Shown piece after piece: positions 13,450 through 27,139 of a stretch of 64,000 nt of DNA. The position numbers and the translations under genes were made by a program. Each line of letters opens with the position of its first letter. The stretch's first letter is position 1. The stretch covers positions 52,082,001 to 52,146,000 of the forward strand of contig NC_086108.1 of NCBI RefSeq assembly GCF_963921235.1. The letters run 5' to 3'. The notes under the pieces are model-generated. The model did no database searches, was not told the DNA's origin, and worked only from the letters and a program-made list of their open reading frames with translations. The stretch is from Mobula hypostoma (lineage: Eukaryota).

Positions 13450-14835
13450 TTTGAGGATAATCTGGAGAAAGTCAATATAAAGAAGCAGGAAATGTTAGAT
13501 GTCATGAGATGTATAAAGATTGATAAATCTCTAAGGCTGGATGAGATCTATTCTAGGTTACTATTGGAAGAGAGAAAGGAGATCTTTAAATCTTTGTTAG
13601 CCACAGGTAAGATGTCAGAAGACTGGAGGATAGCTAATGATGTTCCATTATTTGCATGGGGCAACTGGTTGCTACAGTAAATTTTACGTAAGTGATAGGG
13701 AAATTATTAGAGAAAATCTTAAGGGATCAGATTTTTATACATTTGAAAGGGCAAAGAATGATCAGGGAAATTTGGTATGGCTTTCTGCAGGACATATCCT
13801 GCCTTAAAATTTGACTGATAGGCAACTAAGAAGATTAATGTTGACAGGCAATAGACAAGACTTGTAACAAGATTGCACATGGTAGGCTGCTCCAGAAGGT
13901 TAATGCACATGGGAGCCAAGGCTAATTGGATTCAAAACTGGTTTGTTGATAGGAGGCAGAGGGTAGAAGTGTTAGGGTCGGGATTCTCTAATTGGAAGTC
14001 TATGATCAGTATAGTACCATAAGGATCAGTGCTGGGACCTCTGTTTGTGTTATACAGTATATTAACAATTTGGGTGTAAAAGTAAGTTGGCAGGTGACAC
14101 AAAGGTTGCTGGTGTTATAAATATTGAGGAAGATTGTCTAAAGCTACAGCAGGATATATGATGATGGCTGGAGCATTGGCAGATGACAAATGCATGGTGG
14201 TGCATTTTAGAAAGTCATGTACAGGTAGGGTATATACACTAAATGGTCAGGTGCAAAGGAGTGTTGATGCACAGAGGGACCTTGGAATTCAAGTCCATAG
14301 TTTCTTGGAAATAGCAACACAGTTAGATAGGGTAGTGATGAAAATATATGGCATGCTTGCCATCATTGATCAGGGCACAGACTTTAAAAGTTGGGATGTT
14401 ATGCTGCAATTTTACAAAACACTGGTTAAACCACCTGGAGTGTGGTTCTGCTGGAGAGAGTGTAGCAAAGTTCACAGGATGTTGCCTGGCATTAATCATG
14501 GGAGATCTTTGATCCGTAGGGTTTGTTTTCCTGAGATGTGTTTGATAGAGCTATATGAGATTATAAGAGGCATATTCAGGATACATAATCAGAATCTTTT
14601 TGCCTTGGTAGGAGTATAAAAATGAAAGGGACATAGGTTTAAGGTATGCAGAAGGAATCTTAAAGGGATTTCTCTAGGAACTGGCTGCAAAGGCTGCTAG
14701 TGGAGGCAGATATGATAGGTGCATTTAAAAGACTCTTAGGTCGGCACATGAATATTCAGATGATGGAGGGGTGTGGACCACGTGGAATTAGGTGTTACTA
14801 ACTTAACTAGCTCAGCGTGACATCATGGACCAAAG
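13450..14835 (+). mobile_element. Old CR1 LINE ORF2 fragment
   Basis: Remnants IDKSLRLDEIYSRLL, EDWRIANDVPLF, QRDLGIQVHS and WDVMLQFYKTLV with many stops and indels. Confidence 0.85.
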
Positions 14836-14838
14836 ATG

Positions 14839-16025
14839 ATTTGAGGAAATTACAAGCAGGGTAGACAAGGGAGATGCAGTAGACGTGGTGTACTTGGATT
14901 TTCAGAAGGCCTTTGACAAGGTGCCGCATATGAGGCTACTTAGCAAGATAAAAGCCCATGGAATTACAGGGAAGTTACTAGCGTGGGTGGAGCATTGGCT
15001 GGTCGGCAGAAAACAGAGAGTGAGAATAAAGGGGTCCTATTCTGGCTGAGTGCCGGTCACCAGTGGAGTTCCACAGGGGTCGGTGCTGGGACAGCTGCTT
15101 TTTACGATGTATGTCAATGATTTGGACTACGGTATTAAAGGATTTGTGGCTAAATTTGCTGATGATACAAAGATAGGTGGAGAAGCTGGTAGTGATGAGG
15201 AAACAGAGAGCCTGCAGAGAGACTTAGATAGTTTAGGGGAATGGGCAAAGTAGCAGCAAATGAAATACAATGTTAGAAAGTGTATGGTCATGCACTTTGG
15301 TGGAAGAAATAAGCGGGCATACTATTATTTAGATGGGGAGAGAATTCAAAATGCAGAGATGCAAAGAGACTTAGGAGTCCTTGTGCAAGATACCTTAAAG
15401 GTTAACCTCCAGGTTGAGTCAGTTGTGAAGAAGGCAAATGCAATGTTGGCATTCATTTCTAGAGGTATAGAATATAAGAGCAGGGATGTGATATTGTGGC
15501 TCTATAAGGCACTTGTGAGACCACACTTGGAGTATTGTGTGCAGAGTTGAGCTCCTTATTTTAGAAAGGATATACTGACATTGGAGAGGGTTCAGAGAAG
15601 ATTCACAAGAATGATTCCAGGAATGAATAGGTTACCGTATGAGGAGTGACTGGCAGCTCTTGGGCTGTATTCCTGAACAGATTAGATATGGCAAAATTAT
15701 TTCCCATGGTAGTGGGTTCTAGGACAAGAGGGCATGACCTCAGGATTGAAGGACATCTTTTTAGAACTGAGATGTGGAGAAATTACTTTAGTCAGAAGGC
15801 GGTAAATCTGTGGAATTTATTACCATGAATGGCTGTGGAGGCCAAGTCATTGGGTGTATTTAAGGCAGAGATAGATAGGTTCTTGATTAGCCAGGGCATT
15901 AAAGGGTAAGGGGTGAAAGCAGGGGACTGGGGCTGACTGGAAGAAGTAGATCAGCCCATGATTGAATGGTGGAGCAGACTCGATGGGCCGAATGGCCTAC
16001 TTCTCCTATATCTTATGGTCTTATG
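14839..16025 (+). mobile_element. Younger 5'-truncated CR1 LINE (RT C-half and 3' UTR)
   Basis: VYLDFQKAFDKVPH, GVPQGSVLG, KFADDTK, LYKALVRPHLEYCVQ; CR1-type tail tggcctacttctcctatatcttatggtcttatg; several stops. Confidence 0.93.
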
Positions 16026-16289
16026 ATAACAGAGTACTCACTATATCTACAGCCACGTCTTTCAAAACTTTGGGATCTAAATCACTGAGTCATTGGGATT
16101 TATGATGTGCAGTGTCACCATGTTCTCTGGCATTTTTTTAAAAATAATGTTTACTTCCTTTAATTTCTCATTATCACAAGACCCTTTGTTCTCTGGAATC
16201 CAAAGCAGAATTCTTTGTGTCCTCTGTAAAGACAGGCACAAAGGATTGTTTAATTGTTTAATTCCTTTGCTATATTGTTACTCCTTTTC

Positions 16290-16437
16290 CCCATTCATTT
16301 GCAGTCCTGATGAAGCATGTCAGCCCTAGATGTTGACTGTTTATTCCTCTCCATTGGTGCTACCTGACTTGCAGAGTTCATCCAGCATTTTGTGTGCATT
16401 GCTGTGGATTTCCAGCATCTGCAGAATCTCCTGTGTT
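16290..16437 (+). mobile_element. Penelope 3' end remnant with hammerhead-like motif
   Basis: cagtcCTGATGA...GTTgactg followed by the ...tccagcattttgtgtgc...tccagcatctgcagaatctcctgtgttt terminus. Confidence 0.75.
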
Positions 16438-16619
16438 TATAAATTCTCCTGTCTCTGTTTGAAAGGGATCCACAATTTCTCTTGTTGGTCTTTTCATTTA
16501 TTTCGTGTCTTACGTCCTATTTTAACGTCCTATTTTTTTCTCCAATCTACATTTATACTCTGTTTTCTTAATTGCACTATGAATGCCCTTCTGCATTTTG
16601 AGTGTTTATGACACAAGGG

Positions 16620-17150
16620 GGCTCTGATAATATCCTTGACCTGCTTACTGTGTTCTCCTGGTAATATATTGCTGTGAATAGCCTAGAATAGAATGCCTGT
16701 TTTGGGAGACTGCTGTCAAACTTGTAAATCATATGGCTTATCCGTCAGGGCCAGATGAGTGTAATTGGAGCCTCAATGCTGGAAAGGATGCTGACATTGG
16801 CTCATTTATCCTCCCAGTAGATCTGGCAGAGTTTGAGGTGATTTTGCCTGCAATAGGAAGTCAGTGTCTCAGAAACTTACAGGAGGAAGGGATCACTGCT
16901 GCTCAAAAGCCAATAAGCTTTGAGCTGATTTAAAGGTATTGATCTGCATATGCTCTTCTTTAAATTGCCACCAGCTAGTCTGGAGCATCGATGTCAGCGA
17001 TGAATTTCACTGCTTTCACTCAGAGGTAGCTCTCAGGATATGGGAAAGTGATTCATGCTTTCCAGAGGCTTTCCATTGTTGTTGGAGAGTTGTGTTATGC
17101 AGCAGGAACAAATTGGTAAAAGGCCTTTGTTTTGCTGGTTTAAGTGGAAG
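16620..17150 (-). mobile_element. RTE-clade LINE ORF remnant
   Basis: Minus-strand decayed NGKPLE..NHFP, IYWEDK*ANVSILS..IEA and LPKQAFYS motifs typical of the RTE C-terminus. Confidence 0.65.
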
Positions 17151-18221
17151 GCCAGTTCTCTTGTTTACTTTGCAAACTAATTGACAATCATTTGCTATCT
17201 TGTAATATGGTAAACTATGAAGACTTTATTTGTGTGCAATGGTTTGTTGACTGAGATTGGAGTGAGCTTCTTTCGGGAGAGGAAGAAGGATAGGTGCAAA
17301 TTTTTCCATTAGTCCTGTAGGTTGGCTCCACTGCAGCAGGAGGCTTGTTCAATTTATGTCTCTGAAGAATTCTACTAACCATTTAGCTGGTGAGATCAAA
17401 ATCTTAATCTGATCCATCTGGGTTTTATTTCTCTTGGAAGCATTCTTTTAAGATGGCTATCTCCTGATTTTCTCACCTCCAGTCAGAATTTACCATACAC
17501 AGTGTGCAACTGACATTTGGTTACATGATGGAATTCAGTGGGTGCTGCAATTGTTTAAATATTACTGCAATGGATCTGCTTGCTCATTCCAAGAGTGTTC
17601 AGCTGTCCTATTGCTCATCTGAACTGCAGATACCTGCTTGAGACAGATATTCTTAATATTAGTTCCAGTTCATTTAGCTAAGGATACTGTTGTCCAGCTG
17701 AGCACAACTCCTATGAAACACCATATTTTAAACATCATGTGAGTATGCATGAGTATCTAGATTTTGCGTCGCAGGTCTTTTTCTCTTTTCCCAAACACTA
17801 GGCTAGAGTACAGCTCTAGACTCGTACCAATGCAAGATGAAACACAACTGGCATGAAACGTCTTCCTTCCTTCCAAGCACAGATTCCAGAACCATATTTG
17901 CAGCTTTACTTCAGGCAAGGGAGAAAAGCTCAGATTGTAATTTTTATGAATTAATTTGCTGGTGCAGCAAGATTGTGCAGAGACCAGTTTCAATTACATA
18001 CCAGGCTTCATACTGAGAAAACTTAGTTTGGCAGCAAGTACAAACAATGGACAGAACGTTTAAATTCTATTTCTAGTACTCTGTAACATTCGCATGCTGT
18101 ATATATGCTCAGAACTCTCATGGGCTATCGAATCATACTCAAATAAATAATGAGTGATAGATCTATAATCTACATTTTGAAATATCCGAACATAGGTGAC
18201 ATATTGTTCTTGAGAATATCT

Positions 18222-18236
18222 GGCACCATCTGGTGG
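18222..18236 (-). promoter_or_regulatory. CTCF-like motif CCACCAGATGGTGCC
   Basis: Near match to the CCASYAGRKGGCRS consensus in apparently unique intronic sequence; motif only. Confidence 0.3.
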
Positions 18237-20808
18237 ATTGGACATACAGTACTAATGCTTATTACTGGTTCTGACACTCTTTACGATTCATTACTGTGGA
18301 AATAATGGTCTATATTCTGCAGTAAGAAAAATTGTAAGGCTTTCAGCATGAAGGCTGTTACTATATTTAGTCACTTATTACCCATCACACAAGGCCATAA
18401 AATATTAGGCTTGGCCTTTTTAGTGACGGTGAATAATTCACAGCCTGGTGAGTCTTAAATACAATGAAAACATTTTTCTGGCACTGACACCTCCTTTTAT
18501 CAGTGTTGTATTCTTGTTTCTTCAGCTTGTAGTTATTGGAGGTTATTTTAAAAGATTCTGATTGATTTTTTTCCCACTATTTTACCTCTCTCTTTTTATC
18601 CTGCCTTTCTTTGCATTTGTTTATTTCTCTCTTTGGAAATTAAAGAAAAGATTTTAACCTGTGGTTTTTCATTTGAGCTTTGCATATGTCAGAAAGCATT
18701 CTTCGTTCAATTTTGTTGAAGAAACATTTTGTTAGTTCACTTGTTCATGCAGCCTTTTGCTGAAAATGTCACAATATAATTGCCCTTAGTTGTCATAATA
18801 AACTTTATAGTCTGACACTGGTCAGGAAATAGCTAATTGCAAAACCTTGTCACTATCATGTATTTGATGTTGAAATTAATCTTTTAAACTCAGTCAGCTT
18901 TCTCACATTCTGCGTTTCCAGTTCTAACTTTGAAACTTAAGTTTTTTTAGAATTTTGTGAAAAAGCACATTAGTCAGCTGAATGACAAATGCACAGAAAC
19001 ACTGCACCATGCTCAAGAGTCTGACCAAATTCAAATGTACCTTACTGAGGCAGCAGATAAGCATATCAATCATAAGAAGTCTAACTCACCCCTCATCTGG
19101 CCTATTTACTTAGAACTAGGTTAAATTACTGAGTAGAAATTATCTTATTTTTAAAGGTCACCTCAGGATCAGGAGTTTAGTACAGGTTTCGATCAGTGTT
19201 TCATCTTTAAAAAAAACTGTATGGAAAAAAATCATCTCATAACTTAGACACCAAACTGAATGTATATGGTTTTTGCACCCTCTTGTGGAACTGTTATGTG
19301 CAGCACAGTTCAGAATTATTTCTCTCTCATGTGGATGGAGGATTTACAGAAATATATGTTTTAAACTATGGCCTAAGTTACAAAATCAGATGAATAGTAC
19401 AGATAATTCCTATGCTGGAACCTATTAAACATATTACTTCATTTTTATTGCATCTTCTTATCAATAAAGATTTTAGATAGTCATCTTCATTATCCATAAT
19501 ACTTTTTCACTGTGTCTTGTAATGTTCTAATCAATAAACTTTTAAGGATTTAGGCAAAAAGGATACTGCTATGGTCTGAACCCCTGTCAACAATTCCCGG
19601 GAATTCAAGGGTGCACATGCCTTTGAGGTTTGTACTAATATCTTTCACCGTGGGGAGGGGCCAGAACATAAGCGGAGGTATAATGGGCCTTCAAAGCCTA
19701 CTTCCACATTCAGTAAACAGATAACTGATATGCTCTTAGGCCTCAACTCTGGATTCCTGCCTGATCCATGAAAATTTTGTCCAAAAAAGATAGCTGTAGC
19801 AGCTAGTTGAGAATTTCAAAGATTCACAACTCCCAGAAAGAAGAAATTCCATCTTAGCTCAATCAATCCCTTATTCCAAATTTACTCCCTCATCCTAACT
19901 TACCATGCTGGGGAAAACTTTCTCACACCATTCACCCTCTCATGAAATCACTCTTATTCCTCAAAGCACCAGGGAGTGAAGACCCAGTCTTTTCATTATT
20001 TCCTTTTAAAGTAACCTGTATCTTGGCAGTCAGTGTCATGAACTTTGCTTTATCAGCACCAAGGTAAAATATATTTTCCTTTAAAGTGCAGACCAAAATT
20101 GTGAACACTCAATTTCAATTTCACCTATGAAAGTGGAGTAAATTGAGTAAATATTTGAGTAAATATATGTTTCGTGTCAATCAACAAGCTTTTGTTATTG
20201 ATACAATTATAAAACTAGATACTGTATTCTCCCAAATTTTTCTACTCCATGAAACAGTTGACTCCAGGTTGGTTTCTGTGTCATGAACTCCATTGACAAA
20301 CATGATCGTGCTTTAATTCAGCGCACATACTATAACAACACTGCAGCTAATATCAGCTAACAAAGCACAGATTGTGTAATGAACTTTTGCTGGTCTGGAC
20401 TATGCATTTACTCCCTAATTACTTGACTGAAGCCCCCAAATTGATTTTACTTTTAGAAGTAAAGTTGATTGAAAGGAGATGTCAAGTTAATTATGGAGCA
20501 GGGAATTAATTTGAGATTGTATTTTTGTTTATAAAATCTGAACTCTGATATTAACATTTAGTATCATTTAACATTGGTGGACCACATGGCAGACGTAGCT
20601 TTCTCCTTTCACAGATAAATATCATTCATTTGGCTCAGGCGTACTTGCTTAACAGACGTTTCAAATACTGTAATTATACCATATTATTCTGTATTCCTGG
20701 CAATAAGTTGAGGAACCATGTTGGCAAAACATTGCCTGAGTCTGCAACAATACATTCTGGTGATTTCGCTATTATTTAGCTGTGTTAAATGTCAATAAAA
20801 GAAATATT

Positions 20809-22124
20809 CAGTGGATTTTGGTTAATTGGGACGTTGGTTAATCAGGGTAGCTGATTCTTTGGGACATCTCTTAAAGATCAAAAACTAATCAAGAAAATAG
20901 TCGGGATCCCCTTTGTTTATTTGGGACGCTATGCCACTTAACTGGGACAGGACACTGTTGCCAAACAGTTTCTAACTAGCATCAGTTGCATGAACTTGTG
21001 TTGCCCTTAGACACTACACCATGCTTAGAGTGAACAGTTTTTAAATAGAGTCACTTGCATGTATTTATGTTCAAAAAGCAGTAATTTTTGTCACTGATAG
21101 TTGGCAAGAAGTAAGCGCTAAGACCATATAGAATTGCTTTGCTCATTGCGTTTTCAAGCTTTCAGGCTTGGTGAAGCCAGAAACAGCTGGAAGTGAAAAT
21201 TGAACAATTTCACTATTTTAACAAGTTAGGACAATGAAAATGGAGGATGCAATTGTCAAAAGCATTGTATAAAGACAACTCATTATCTACATTAGGTGCC
21301 TGCACTGATTTTGCTCATTTACTGTCAATTAAAACAACACGACAGTGTGTTGGTTGTCCGTCATATCTGACAATGGCAGTGAAACTTGTGCAGACGAGTT
21401 TTAAAGGTGGAAATGCTGTTGCACTGGGACAGTTCCACTCACTCAACCTTTGAAGTCTGGGTCCATTGGTATGAATAGTGGTCAGAAACTGGGGTCTTCC
21501 CTGGTTACAATGGATAACCATGACTACTACTGTGCATTATCATGCCTTCTCTCTTCTCGAAATATTGCAGAACTGCTGTCTTGGCCATTGGATCTCATTG
21601 TTGATCTCATCTACCCAGTCCGCTGCTAGAACAGGCACATCCTCTACTTCACTAGAGTATGAGGCCCACCAGCTAACCTCACCTGGTTTATTCTGCCTTT
21701 TGAAGTGGCTTTCCAGGTGTGGTCACTATCACATACAAACAACTACTTGGAGCCACAGGTGAGAGCGGAATGTCCAGCGGGGACCAAAGGTGAGTGAGCT
21801 GCCCCAGAATGGACACGATAAGCCCCTTCACCAGAGGTGCTACCCTCCCTGGAGACCCCATACTGAATAATAATTAATTAGGAACTAATACACATTTTTA
21901 TAGCACTGTGGTAACATTGGTAGTATTCTAATTAGTTATTTTATTTAAATGCATAATTTGCTACTCAGTAAATTATGATATTAATTTTAAAGATATTAAA
22001 AATGGTGGTATTTTTTAAAATATCTTTTTAATTACTTCCATAATACTTAAGGTAATTGGGGCAGTCACTTACTTGGACCAAAATGTACTGGCCCCAATGT
22101 GTCCCAATTAACTGGAATCCACTG
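20809..22124 (+). mobile_element. Non-autonomous pogo/Tigger-like DNA transposon with an internal insertion (about 21345-21862)
   Basis: TIRs cagtggattttggttaattgggac / gtcccaattaactggaatccactg followed by TA; collinear with the copy at 51105-51946 apart from the insert. Confidence 0.85.
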
Positions 22125-22504
22125 TACTTTGCCCCTAACAGGAGGAAATAAACGTTGAAGGCACAGGTTTGAAGCTGTGACATTGTGATACATTGCACAA
22201 GTTACAAGAACTTCACTGGAACAGCTTTTCCAGGTGTGGCAGTGATTCACTTGCTGCCATCAAGAAAATTGCATTTTATATTCACAAAGTGGCCTTCTGT
22301 ACATTAGAGAAACCAAACATGCATTGTGTGAGTGCTTTGCAAAAACATTTACGTTCAGACCATAGGAGTGATATTGAGTTTCTGGTGGCCTGCTGTTTTA
22401 ATTCATCATGCCCTGTCCATTCTGACCTCTCTGAGTGTGGCCACCAGCACTGTTACAATGTGGTCCAACGTGAGTTCAGGGGACAACACCTCATATTTTG
22501 TCTC

Positions 22505-23190
22505 AGAACCAGATTTATTACCACTGAGGTTTGTTGTTTTGCGGTAGCATTGCAGTGCAAAAACATAACAATCTACAAATTACAATCATAAATAACAGTG
22601 CAGACAAATGGAGTTACGAAGCAGTGTTCATGAACTATCCAAAACTCTGATGGTAAAGGGGAAGAAGCTGTTCCTAAATAGTTGAGTCTTCAGACTCTTG
22701 TACCTCCTCTCTGATGGTAGTAACGAGAAGAGGATGTGTCCCAGATGGTAAGGGTCCTTAATGATGGATGCCACCTTCTTGAATCACCATCTCTTGAAAA
22801 TGTCCTTTTGGTGGGGAGGTTTGTGCCCCTGATGGAGCTGGCTGAGTTATGATCCTCTTCATCTTCTTGCAATCCAGTGTATTAGAGGCTCCATACCAGG
22901 CTGTGACACAACCAGTCAGAATGCTCTCCACTGTACAACTATAGAAATTTGTAAGGGCCTTTGGTGACATACCAAATCTCCTCAAGCTCCAAGCGAAGTA
23001 GGATCACTGGCTTGGCTTCTTTGTGACTGCATCAATGTGTTGGGCTCAGAATGTTGAGATGTTGACGTCCAGGAATATGAAGCTGCTCACCCTTTTCACC
23101 ACTGACTCCTCAAAGAGGACTTGTGTGGTTCTCCCGACTTTCTCTTCCTGAAGTCCACAATCAGTTCCTTAGTCTTGCTGACACTGAGTG
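22505..23190 (-). mobile_element. Rex1/Babar LINE 3' fragment, next to a Penelope remnant (about 22290-22505)
   Basis: RRFGMSPKALTNFYSCTVESILTGCVTAWYG (ORF 22758-22985). Confidence 0.88.
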
Positions 23191-23306
23191 AAAGTTTGTA
23201 CTTTGTAGCTTGCAGGAGCCAATATTAAATTCAGCAATTTCAGATAACCTGCTCTTTCCTTCTGTATTAGGACTGGCCAATTTGTTACTTGTGTGTATTT
23301 GGGTCC

Positions 23307-23428
23307 CTCGCCCTCTCTCCTCCCCCTTCACCACCTCTTCTCACCCTCTTCTCCCCTCTTCCCCTCTTCTCCCCCCTTCCCCTCTCTTCTCCCCCCCCCC
23401 CACCTTTCCCTCTCTCTCTCTCCCCATC
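23307..23428. repeat. C/T-rich low-complexity (homopyrimidine) tract
   Basis: About 120 nt almost entirely C/T with repeated ccctcttct units. Confidence 0.85.
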
Positions 23429-23744
23429 CAGCAGTAAAATAAAGGCTTGGTTGCTATCTAGCATAACTATTTATTCAGATTTACCAGCTACAACCTCAAA
23501 AAGTATCAAGTGACCTTTTGAACATCATAAGTGAAATTGTCATATAAGTTGAAAATAATTGAAAATCTCAGCAGGTAAGGCAACATCCGTGGAAAGAGAA
23601 ACAGTGAACTTTTAATAAGACCTGAGAGAGAAAGCAAGTTAGTGTAACTAGCAAAGAAGGGAGGGAGGACAGTGGGTGGAGAAAGGGAGTGTTTGAAAGA
23701 GGCTGTAATGATGTAGCGATTAGATAGACAGTTCAACTCAATTT

Positions 23745-24612
23745 AGACCATATGACATAGGAACAGAATTATGCTATTCAGCCCGTCGAGTCTGCTGCAC
23801 CATTCAATCATGGCTGATTTATTTTCCCTATCAACCCTATTCTCCTGTGTTCTCCCCTAAACTTTGAAACTCGTATTAATCAAGGATCTATCAACCACAC
23901 CACTCTGTGGCAAAGAACTCCACAGATTCACCACCCTCTGGCGAAAGAAATTGCTCCTCATCTCTGTTTTAAAGGGATGTCCTTGTATTCTGAGGCTGTG
24001 CCCTCTGGTCCTAGACTTTCCAACTATTAGAAAATACTCTCCACATCCACTCTTTCTAGGCTCTCAATTCAATAGGTTTCAGTGAGATCCCCTTTCATTC
24101 CAATGAGTACAGGCCCAGAGCCATCAAACGCTCCTCATAAATCAACCATTTCATTCCCAGGAGCATTCCCATTAACCTTCTCTGGACTACCTCCAATGCC
24201 AGCACATCCTTTCTTAGATACAGAGCCCAAAACTGCTCTTAATCTCACAGATGTGATCTGCCCAACACCTTATAAAGCTCATCATTACATCTTAACTTTT
24301 ATATTCTAGTCTTCTCAAAATGAATGCTAATATTTCATTTGCTTTCCTTACTACCCTCTGAATCTGCAAGTTAACATCTATCCAAGTCCCTTTGCTCCTC
24401 TGATTTGGAAATTTTCTTCCATTTAGAAACTAGACTATACCTTTATTCTTTCCACCAAAGTTCATGATAATGCGTGTAATTTTTGTTTTTCATCTGCTCC
24501 TTCTTTGTCCAAGTTCTTCTGCAGAATCCCTGCTCCCCAACACTTCCACCTTTCTTTGTAATGTCCGCAAATTTGGTAACAAAACCACCATTTCATCATC
24601 CAGGTTATTAAC
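23745..24612 (-). mobile_element. CR1 LINE 3' fragment
   Basis: Starts with the reverse-complement CR1 tail (agaccatatgacataggaacagaatt...cccgtcgagtctgct); antisense CR1 ORF2 remnants. Confidence 0.85.
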
Positions 24613-26064
24613 TTAGGAAGCAGTTCTTTATGTTCACCCAAGAGAAGCAAAGAATCATTTGATATTTTCTTAATGGAGTGAAACGTATTACTGCCATTTT
24701 GTAGATTTGAGTTTGCTCGTTATAAATTGAACTACTTGTGGAATCTGGGAGTCCAGGCTGAGGGAACAGTTATTATGTGATATAAAGCTAACTCTAGAAA
24801 AGTGTTCACAGACATGCAAAGCTGGCTGGCCAGCACAAGGGGTGAGAACAGTGTAGACAAAGTACTGCCAGGGTTATTTACGTTTGTAGATGTTGCAGAG
24901 ATTGAGAGAGCAACATGAAAAAGAAACTGTTTAGTTTGAGATGAAAGGAAACATCTACTAGTAAATACCAAGGATTATTTTAGTCTCCCTCAAGGAGAAA
25001 ATTTAAGATGATTCGGAAGGACAAACTGAGGGGGCAATAATAACCCCATTAAACATGTGTACCCAGTGGGTATCCAGATTGGTATCAAATGAAGTGATAT
25101 GCTGAGAATTTTCAAATAACCAAAACACTTAGGAAATAAGGGCAAAAGAAATAAAAGAGTAATTAGCTATTGGGTTTGCTCTGCCATTCAGTAAAATTAC
25201 TTCTGATTTTATAGCACCCCATTAGGTTCCCATATTAATTCCACGTTCCCTCAATCTCCTTAATTACCAAAAGTATATCAAACTAGCCATGAATATACTC
25301 AATCAAGCCTCCAAAGCCTTCTTCAGTAAAGGGTTATAAAGATTCACTTTTCTTTGGGTGAAGAAAATGTTTTCTAATCCCAGTCCAGAATGAATAATCC
25401 CTTATACAGAAGTCTGTGACTCCAGATCTAGATATTTCAACCAGGGAATGACTGGAGGAGGTTTAATTCCTATACCTCCTCCTTCCCCACCTTGCAGGGA
25501 CACACCCTTCCACACAAAATTTCATGCACACTTCCTCCACCATGATTCACTGCTTGTGGTACTCTCAATGTGACTTCCTCTGCTTTTGTAATATGAAGTG
25601 TGAACCAGGTGACCGGTTTGTAGAGCTTTGCGCTTTGACCGCATTGGCCACCCCAAAATCCCAGTTACATGCTGTAACGGCTGCTTGAAACACAAACCAA
25701 AACTGCTGAGAGACTGAGTGAGAGAATTAACACTGTGCAACACATTTCTAAATAACTGAGTTCTAAGTCAAAAGAAGTACATTCGATCCTTTATTACAAA
25801 ACCAGCAAAAACAAGCAGAAAAGAGCAACGATCAAAATTAGTGATAAAAACAAATGAAACTAACGTAGTAATAGCAAAATTAAATCCATTCCCTGGCTCA
25901 CCTCCTCTCTAACTAAATTAACTGCACAAAGGGTGAATACGTGATATACTTGTTTACTTCTACCACACCAAACCCATGTGACAAATTAACATAACCCATA
26001 ATAAAAATGCACAACAAAAAATACAATACAGGCAGACAGAAAATAGATACATGGCCCCTACATG

Positions 26065-26830
26065 TCATTTTCAACTTCCTTTCCGATTCCCACACCAACC
26101 TGTCTATTCTAGGCTTTTTCCACTGCCAGACTCAGCTGAAACCCATTGCAAACTAGAATTTACCTGGGTAATCTGCAATCCAGTTGTATGGACATTGAGG
26201 TTTCCAATTTCAGGTAACTCTCCCTCTCTTTTCTCCTTCCTCCTCTAATCCACCACTGGTCCTCACATTTCTATTTCCATCCACAAAATGCCTCCTAAAC
26301 CCATCATCTTTTTTTGACTCCCTCCCCCTCCTGGTTTCATCCATCCACTACCCACACATTTCACCCACTTTCCCCTCCCCATCTGGTTTCATCTGCCCAC
26401 TTCTCTCTTAACAGTTCTCATTATGACCTCCCTTACCTATTAGATTCTAGTACTTGTAGCTTTTGCATTCCTGCTTGTTAACCTCCAGTCTACACCTCCA
26501 TCTGCTTTTTTTTCTTCCTTGTCTGCTTCAACCCATCACTCACTGGCCATCTTGTCTCCCAACTCCACCAATCCCCCTTCCCCACCTGGTTCCCTTCTGC
26601 TCATTATCCCTATTACTTCCTTGGTCTACTGTTCACAAATTGGGCTTCTCCCCCCCTCCCCCCCCCGATGCAGGCTGTCTTCCCTCTTCCCTCTTCACTC
26701 TTAGTCCTGATGCAGAATCTTGACACAAGACATTGATAATTCAATGCTAGATGCTACTCGGCCCTCTGAGTTCCACCAGCAGTTTGTTTTTTGCTTCAGA
26801 TTCCAATATCTACAGTTTCTTGTGCTTCCA
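26065..26830 (+). mobile_element. Degenerate Penelope 3' region
   Basis: catttcaact-like GIY-YIG end, pyrimidine-rich UTR, agtcctgatg motif and ccagcagtttgtttttt terminus. Confidence 0.65.
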
Positions 26831-27139
26831 TCTTTATGCTTGTGTTTAATAACAGAAGCAATACAGGCGAGCACTCTGTTACTTCCCTAATCTGCCTGCT
26901 GTTCATGTATATTAACTTGGAGTGTTTTATGTACAAGAATACCCAACTTCCTCTGAATACTAATAAGTTCGAATTTCCCACCATTTCAAAAGGGTGCAGA
27001 TTCTGCAAATATGAAATTAAACTTAAAATAATGTAGATACTTGACATCTATTGAGGAAGAAACAGAATTAATGTTTTAAGTCAGTGACCTTTCGAAAGAA
27101 TTGGCAAAGTGTGAAAAATAACATGTTTTATGTTGCAGA

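Noticed and set aside
16875..17100. Possible minus-strand exon of a nested gene (gtaagt donor at about 16880)
   Set aside because: The translation contains stops and matches a decayed RTE LINE ORF.
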